A DNA stretch of 64,000 nt from an uncultured Acidobacteriota bacterium (GTDB taxonomy: Bacteria > Acidobacteriota > UBA6911), in contig CAWJKZ010000011.1 in NCBI GenBank assembly GCA_963843575.1, positions 64,001-128,000 of the forward strand. The letters run 5' to 3'. A program made the position numbers and the translations under genes. The notes beneath the pieces are model-generated. The model had not been told where the DNA came from and searched no databases. It saw only the letters and a program-made list of their open reading frames with translations. Shown here in pieces: positions 58,775 to 64,000 of this stretch. How positions within the stretch are numbered: the stretch's first letter is position 1; every line of letters starts with the position of its first letter.

Positions 58775-59503
58775 TTGGAACCTGCCACTTTGAATTGCCC
58801 GAACTGCGGGGCGGCGGCGTCGCCGGACAGCACGAGGTGCGCCTATTGCCTCTCCACGCTCGCGGTGCTGGTCTGCGCGAAGTGTTTCGGCGCCATCTTC
58901 TCGGGCATGAAGCACTGTCCCTGGTGCGGGGAGGAGGGCGGGGCCGCGCGGCCCAAGGCGGATGGTGGGCTGAAATGCCCGCGTTGCGCGAAGCCGCTGG
59001 CTCACATCCAGCTCAACGAACACGGGCTCGCCGAGTGCCTGAGGTGCGGCGGGTTGTGGGTCGACAGCGAAACGCTGCAGAAGGTCTGCGCCACGGCCGA
59101 AGATCAGGAGGCGGTGCTCGCAATGGATCGGAGTGCCCTTCCCGTCGCACCTGAGGGAGCGAAACCCGGCCGAACCTATGTTCCGTGCCCCATGTGTGCG
59201 AAGCTGATGAACCGAACGAACTTTGCCGGCTGTTCGGGCGTGGTCGTCGATTGGTGCAAGCCGCACGGCAGCTGGTTCGACAAGGACGAGCTCCGCCGCA
59301 TCGTCGAATTCGTGCGCAACGGAGGCCTCAGGAAAGCGCGGGAACGCGAGAAAGAGCGGCTGAAACAGGAGAGTGACCGTCTGAAGGAGCAGCAGCGACA
59401 AGTCGCCCGGCTCGGCAGCGTCGACATTGCCGCTGCCAGGCAGGCGAACTCGGGCATGGACACGTTTTTCGAAGCCGTTACCCGAATGCTGGCCGACCGT
59501 TGA
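58775..59503 (+). CDS. Multi-zinc-ribbon protein (double zinc ribbon + two zf-TFIIB-like modules)
   Basis: CPNC/CAYC, CAKC/CPWC, CPRC/CLRCGGLWVD, CPMC/CKPHGSWFDKDEL. Confidence 0.8.
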   Translation: MEPATLNCPNCGAAASPDSTRCAYCLSTLAVLVCAKCFGAIFSGMKHCPWCGEEGGAARPKADGGLKCPRCAKPLAHIQLNEHGLAECLRCGGLWVDSETLQKVCATAEDQEAVLAMDRSALPVAPEGAKPGRTYVPCPMCAKLMNRTNFAGCSGVVVDWCKPHGSWFDKDELRRIVEFVRNGGLRKAREREKERLKQESDRLKEQQRQVARLGSVDIAAARQANSGMDTFFEAVTRMLADR

Positions 59504-59521
59504 CCGGCGGCCTCCCTCACC

Positions 59522-60835
59522 TCATCCTCGCAGCAAGCGATCCAGTGAAAGGATGCTCAGCATCAGCTGGCGCGGGGGATGGTAGTTGTCCTGCCGCGCC
59601 ACGTGGGGCTGCTGCACCATCTTGCGGCCTGAAAAGAGCATGTAACCGGCCTGCCCGAGCTTCCTGCGCGAGAATTTCTCGTCGATTACCCCCTGCGCCA
59701 TGCCGAAGAAGCGCGCCGCCCACTCGCTGCGCGTGCGCTCGAAGACCTTCACGCAGGCTACCAGGATTTCGTTGAGCGACCACAACGTCTTCATGTACTG
59801 GTACTCGCCGCGGAACCGGAACTCGAGGTCCGTGCCCACCGGCCGCTCAACAGGCCAGGCGTAGTCCCCCTGGTCGACGTTGACCCATTGCGACAGGCCT
59901 CCGTATACCCAGTCCCAACCCACTTCGATGTGGCGGCGGATGCGGTCCGCGCCGAGCTCCCACAGCTTGAGGTCGTTGGTGCGTGAGGCTTCGTCCATCA
60001 CCATCCAGAGCGTTTCGATGGAATGGCCCGGAATACACTTCGTCTCCTCTCCAGGCGGCCTGCTGAAGTCGTGGTTCAGGTTTTCGTTGTTCAGCCCGAT
60101 GTCGGGATTGTAGTGCCTGTTGATGACCGCGTCGACGGACTGTTGCGCTACCCGCTCGATCTCGGGGTCGCGCCACCGTTTGAGGAACTGGGTGGCGATG
60201 TTGAGGTTGACCATCCAGATCCCCTGCGGACGGCAACCCGGCCCCGGCGTGCCGGGCAGGACCACCGTGGGATCCTCGATGTGCCGGTGGAGCTTCCTGA
60301 TCAGCTCCACCGCCGTGCGGCGGGATTCTTCGTGCTTTGCGGCCCAGGCGTACTCGAGCAGCCCTTCGGCCACGAAATACATGCCGTAGACGTCGCCTTC
60401 GAATCCCCGGCGCACCTGCCCGTCGCGCGCCAGCATCTCCGCCCACCAGCCGTCGGCCTGCGGGGCGTGGCGCAGCACGAACCCCCGCGTCCGGGCCGCG
60501 ATCTCCAGGTGGCGTGGGTTTCTGCCGAAGTTGTTGTACAGGAAGCTGTAGACCCAGATCGCCCGTCCCTGGAACCAGAGCAGCTTGTCGGAGTGCACGA
60601 CCGTGCCGTCGTAGTCGAGGCCGTGCATGACGCCCCCGAACTCGTGGTCGACGCCGTGCCCGTCCCAAAACGGCAGCACCACCCCGAAGAGCTCGTCATG
60701 GTAGCGCTTGCGCAGTTGCGCGAGCGGCAGGCCCGCCAATCTGGCGCCTGCCTCGGCCGCGCCTGCAGCTCCGCCCCAGCTGAGCGGTCCCAGCAACCCT
60801 GCCCCCGCAGACCCGATGAATGTGCGGCGTTTCAT
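59522..60835 (-). CDS. AGE family (N-acylglucosamine 2-epimerase-like) protein with Tat signal
   Basis: MKRRTFIG; LPFW...DHEFGG, KLLWFQGRAIW, PGHSIETLW, GWDWVYGGL, YHPPR. Confidence 0.88.
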   Translation of the reverse strand: MKRRTFIGSAGAGLLGPLSWGGAAGAAEAGARLAGLPLAQLRKRYHDELFGVVLPFWDGHGVDHEFGGVMHGLDYDGTVVHSDKLLWFQGRAIWVYSFLYNNFGRNPRHLEIAARTRGFVLRHAPQADGWWAEMLARDGQVRRGFEGDVYGMYFVAEGLLEYAWAAKHEESRRTAVELIRKLHRHIEDPTVVLPGTPGPGCRPQGIWMVNLNIATQFLKRWRDPEIERVAQQSVDAVINRHYNPDIGLNNENLNHDFSRPPGEETKCIPGHSIETLWMVMDEASRTNDLKLWELGADRIRRHIEVGWDWVYGGLSQWVNVDQGDYAWPVERPVGTDLEFRFRGEYQYMKTLWSLNEILVACVKVFERTRSEWAARFFGMAQGVIDEKFSRRKLGQAGYMLFSGRKMVQQPHVARQDNYHPPRQLMLSILSLDRLLRG

Positions 60836-60873
60836 TTCGGCGCCCCTCCAAAAGCGGCCGACTCTGCTCAATC

Positions 60874-61117
60874 AAGTGGGTCCGGGCTTCAGCCCGGACG
60901 TTTTTTAATCTGATTTATGTGGCGACGGGCGCACGTTATAGCGACCGCAAACAGCGTCCGGGCTGAAGAGGCTGTTCAACGGTTGAACCGCCCGCCCTGC
61001 CCGTAAGACAAGTGGGTCCGGGCTTCAGCCCGGACGTTTTTTGATCTGACTTATGCGGCGACGGGCGCACGCTATAGCGACCGCAAACAGCGTCCGGGCT
61101 GAAGCCCGGACCCACTT
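60874..61117. repeat. REP family B cluster (tandem REPIN-like units)
   Basis: Two units of GTGG-gtccgggcttcagcccggac + ~55-nt spacer + inverted REP; the linker matches the one at ~14055-14110. Confidence 0.92.
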
Positions 61118-61136
61118 GTATCTTGTCCTCTTCCAG

Positions 61137-62081
61137 CTATCTGGTCTCCACGTTTCCCTTTGCGTCGACGGCTGCAATCCACTGGTCTTTCGCAATCTGG
61201 TGGAGATCCACGTGGTGCATGGCGTCGGCGTTCCAGCCCTTCGATGTGGCGCGGACCAGCGGCGCAGCCAGCATCTGTTCCCTGTATTTGGTGGTGCTTA
61301 TCTCGCCCACTCGGAAAGCAAAGGCCTGGTTGCCGTACGTGGGGTAGCAGTCCTGGCCGATCCGGTAGAGGACCCCGTCGATGACGACGGGTCTCCCCGC
61401 CGGTCGCGCGGTGTTCAGGTCTTTGACGACGGGGCTGAGCGGGTGCTCTCTCCACTTGCCTTTCAAGTCTTCCGCGAAAAACAGGCGCAATGTGTCGTTC
61501 CCGAGGCCTCCCGCGAACATCCACCAGAGGTCGGCGTACCGGACGACGGAGGGGCTGATGAAGACGTCGCCGGTGAGCAGGTCTCGTTCGTAGGTCCATT
61601 CATTGGGGAACGATCTGGCCCTGTACAGCCGGACGAACTTCTCGGTGTACGACTCCGGTATCATGTAGTAGTCGTTCTGCCATTTGAACACGTACGGGTA
61701 GGACAGTACGAAGGGCTCCTTCAAGACTATCCGTTTGTACTCCCACCTGAAGCCGTCTTTGCTTTCGGCCAATCCTATGCCCGATTGTTCTTTGCCCAGA
61801 TCGTTCTTGGCCGTGAAGAACATGTAGTACTTGGAGCCGGAGATCACCATGAACGGATGGGCGACGATGTTCACCTTCCAGTCGGTGACAGCCGCCGGCG
61901 TCAGCACCGGGTTTGCCACGCCAGCCGGCGCTGCAAGCTGAAACGGCGACGTGCCGGTGTAGATCCCTATGGACCAGATGTTCTCTGAGGCCGTCCGGGC
62001 TGTTTGGCTGCGGATCGGCGTGCCGGCCCAGGCGCACAGCCCGGCCAGCAAGGCGGAAACGGCAAGGAACCGGATCTTCAC
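61137..62081 (-). CDS. Secreted five-bladed beta-propeller glycoside-hydrolase-like protein (GH43/32/68 clan or GINT1 N-terminal-like)
   Basis: GTG after GGAGG; WSIGIY, NPVLT, VAHPF, LSYPYVF, YYMIPES, ARPAG, MHHVD. Confidence 0.7.
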   Translation of the reverse strand: MKIRFLAVSALLAGLCAWAGTPIRSQTARTASENIWSIGIYTGTSPFQLAAPAGVANPVLTPAAVTDWKVNIVAHPFMVISGSKYYMFFTAKNDLGKEQSGIGLAESKDGFRWEYKRIVLKEPFVLSYPYVFKWQNDYYMIPESYTEKFVRLYRARSFPNEWTYERDLLTGDVFISPSVVRYADLWWMFAGGLGNDTLRLFFAEDLKGKWREHPLSPVVKDLNTARPAGRPVVIDGVLYRIGQDCYPTYGNQAFAFRVGEISTTKYREQMLAAPLVRATSKGWNADAMHHVDLHQIAKDQWIAAVDAKGNVETR

Positions 62082-62139
62082 GAAGCACCTCCAGTGATAT
62101 GTCCTCCACCGCCCCGGACCCGAAGACTGCAAAGCCTCC

Positions 62140-63999
62140 TTAAAAGAGGTTCGGGAGGTATTCCAGCTCATCGGAGAACGGCTTTGCGGCCCCCGAAGCG
62201 ACCTCGTAGGCTGCCTCGTGACTTGCGATGGCCGCCGAGCCCAGCTCTTCGTAGGGACGGTTGCACACGTCGAGGAAGCCGATGTTGTAGTTCTCCCCGT
62301 CGAAGCGGCCCAGGGCGGACTCGTCGTAGAGCGTGAACCAGTGAGCCCCCACGCACACGGGATTCGCCGCGGCGTCCTCGAGATACACGCGGTACGCTTT
62401 CCCCCGATCCACCTGGTTCTTGAGATGCCCGATTCCCGAGGAGGGCAACCCCACGTCCAATGCGCCGAAGTGCCACTCGCCGATCATTATGGGCATTTTC
62501 AGCATCGCGTGGATTTCTTCGGTCTGGGCCCGCGGCACCTTCTTCTGATAACAGTTTATGCTGAAGACGTCAAAAGAGCGCATCCCCTCGACGGCCCAAC
62601 GGGGCGGCACGCCCGCCCAGCGCATCCCGAGGTTGAGGTGGGCGGGATCGATCTTCCTGCAGGCCTCCGACAGGGCACGGAAGTAGGTATCCGCCATCCT
62701 CACGCTGAATTCCTGCAGGTCCGCCCTGGCTCCAGGCGTGAAGATGCCCTCCCATCGTCCCGACGCGACCCGCTGGAAGCTCGTCCTGACGCCCCATGCC
62801 GCCGACAGCTTCGCGGCGTCGCCGTGCTTCTTGCGCAACCAGTCCGCGAGTACCTTGCGGGCCGGGCAGTCCGGGGTGTTGTAGAGCATGCCCGCGGCCG
62901 GCAATTCCGAGGAGAAACCCCATTCGGGCTCGTTCATCAGGAAGTAACCGACAAATGCGGGGTCGTCCTTCGTGTCGGCAAGCTGGCCGGCATATTCCGC
63001 CACGTCCCGCGCGAAGGCGGGATGAAAAACATCGGGAAAATCCCGATACACGTATGGCACCCTCGTTCCGCGAAAATCCAGCGGGCGGACGTAAGGGAAG
63101 CGGGCGTCGCGCGCAAAGTTCCACTCCGACCAGTTCCCGACCGTGTTGAAGCGCAGCCGTTTCATCTGCGCCAACGCAATCCGGGCCCACTTGTCCCTCC
63201 AGCCCAAGGCGCCGAAAGCCCGGATGAAATTGGCCGCCAGGTAGTTGACGGACTTCTCGTTCCTGCGCCCCTCCCCGCGAAGCGGGCCGAAAATGTCGGC
63301 AAATTCAGCTCGGCCTTCCGGGAGCCAGGCCAGGGCCGTTTCCAGGCCCGCGTAGCTGGCCGCGGTATCGACCCGGACGCAGTCCAGGCCCGCGGACCAG
63401 AAGGCATAGCCGTCCGGATCGACGAGCCACCAGCGCCGCCCGTCGTTGTGCGTGCGGAAGAAGCCTGCGCCGTCGGTAAGCTTGCGCGCCTGCCATCCGC
63501 CCCACCGCGTGAACGAGGCGGGCCAGGCCAGCGTGGGCGCTTCCTCCAGTTGCGATTGAAGCCGCCCTTTCAGGGCGTTGATCGTGCGCGTCTTCCCAGG
63601 CCATTCGTGCAGCGTGCTCTGACCCAGCTCATCCAGGAGCACCCCCCTGGTGAGAACCGGTTTATCGATCCGCGGCGCTTCTGTCTCGACGGCGGCAAAC
63701 GGTGTCATACACCAGCGCGCCGCCTTGGGCCCTTTGCGCTGGACCACGAACTTCATGCGGTCCACCTTGGAGAGCTCGATGCGGTCTCCGCCGCAGCGCG
63801 GCTTCAGGAACGCACCTTCGCGTTCGATGCCCCAACGATTCTGGTCGACGAGGCTCAGCGGCATCCGCACCCGGAACGAACACTGATTCAGGCCGCCAAA
63901 CTGGAATGTGAACCTGCGGCCATCGTCCCCTTCCTGGAGCCAGAGCTGAAACATGACCATGCTGTTGCCGTCGAGGAGCATGTCTGCGGTGAGATACTT
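62140..63999 (-). CDS. GH50/beta-agarase-like glycoside hydrolase; 5' end outside the window
   Basis: RWWLVDPDG, FNTVGNWS, FPDVFHP, GYFLMNEP, IMIGEWHFGALD, VGAHWF, DGENYNIG. Confidence 0.8.
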   Translation of the reverse strand, partial: KYLTADMLLDGNSMVMFQLWLQEGDDGRRFTFQFGGLNQCSFRVRMPLSLVDQNRWGIEREGAFLKPRCGGDRIELSKVDRMKFVVQRKGPKAARWCMTPFAAVETEAPRIDKPVLTRGVLLDELGQSTLHEWPGKTRTINALKGRLQSQLEEAPTLAWPASFTRWGGWQARKLTDGAGFFRTHNDGRRWWLVDPDGYAFWSAGLDCVRVDTAASYAGLETALAWLPEGRAEFADIFGPLRGEGRRNEKSVNYLAANFIRAFGALGWRDKWARIALAQMKRLRFNTVGNWSEWNFARDARFPYVRPLDFRGTRVPYVYRDFPDVFHPAFARDVAEYAGQLADTKDDPAFVGYFLMNEPEWGFSSELPAAGMLYNTPDCPARKVLADWLRKKHGDAAKLSAAWGVRTSFQRVASGRWEGIFTPGARADLQEFSVRMADTYFRALSEACRKIDPAHLNLGMRWAGVPPRWAVEGMRSFDVFSINCYQKKVPRAQTEEIHAMLKMPIMIGEWHFGALDVGLPSSGIGHLKNQVDRGKAYRVYLEDAAANPVCVGAHWFTLYDESALGRFDGENYNIGFLDVCNRPYEELGSAAIASHEAAYEVASGAAKPFSDELEYLPNLF

Positions 64000-64000
64000 C

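Noticed and set aside
60874-61117. Possible CRISPR array (also 13991-14215 and 30574-30700)
   Set aside because: Repeats alternate in orientation, spacers are homologous to each other, and no cas genes are present; these are REP/REPIN clusters.
1-64000. tRNA, rRNA, riboswitch or integron attC sites
   Set aside because: No recognisable cloverleaf, rRNA or riboswitch consensus by eye, and no integron integrase; a covariance-model search would be needed to exclude small RNAs.

Overview
High-GC bacterial chromosomal window; the gene content (many Tat-signal sugar enzymes, a BlaI/M56 pair, PQQ-type propellers, GH50-like and AGE proteins) suggests Acidobacteriota or a similar lineage (inference). 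About 38 genes; no rRNA, tRNA or CRISPR array seen. At least eight genes are split by 1-base indels, which most likely reflects long-read assembly error. Main points: (1) the left edge carries a BrxC/DUF6079-like ATPase fused to a compact PglZ-type phosphodiesterase domain, followed by a TPR gene (candidate BREX-related defence locus, cut by the window edge); (2) a RAYT (REP-associated HUH tyrosine transposase) sits between 47-bp inverted REPs, and three distinct families of dispersed palindromic repeats occur across the window; (3) a phosphonopyruvate hydrolase + NAD-dependent dehydrogenase + GlpT-like MFS operon looks like a non-canonical phosphonate catabolic route; (4) a secreted subtilase and a nine-heme cytochrome c share the same four-repeat C-terminal module of about 440 aa; (5) an A-T-TE NRPS-like enzyme with an oxalate--CoA-ligase-type A domain lies behind a collapsed radical SAM/glycosyltransferase remnant. 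All calls come from motif recognition by eye; no database searches were run.
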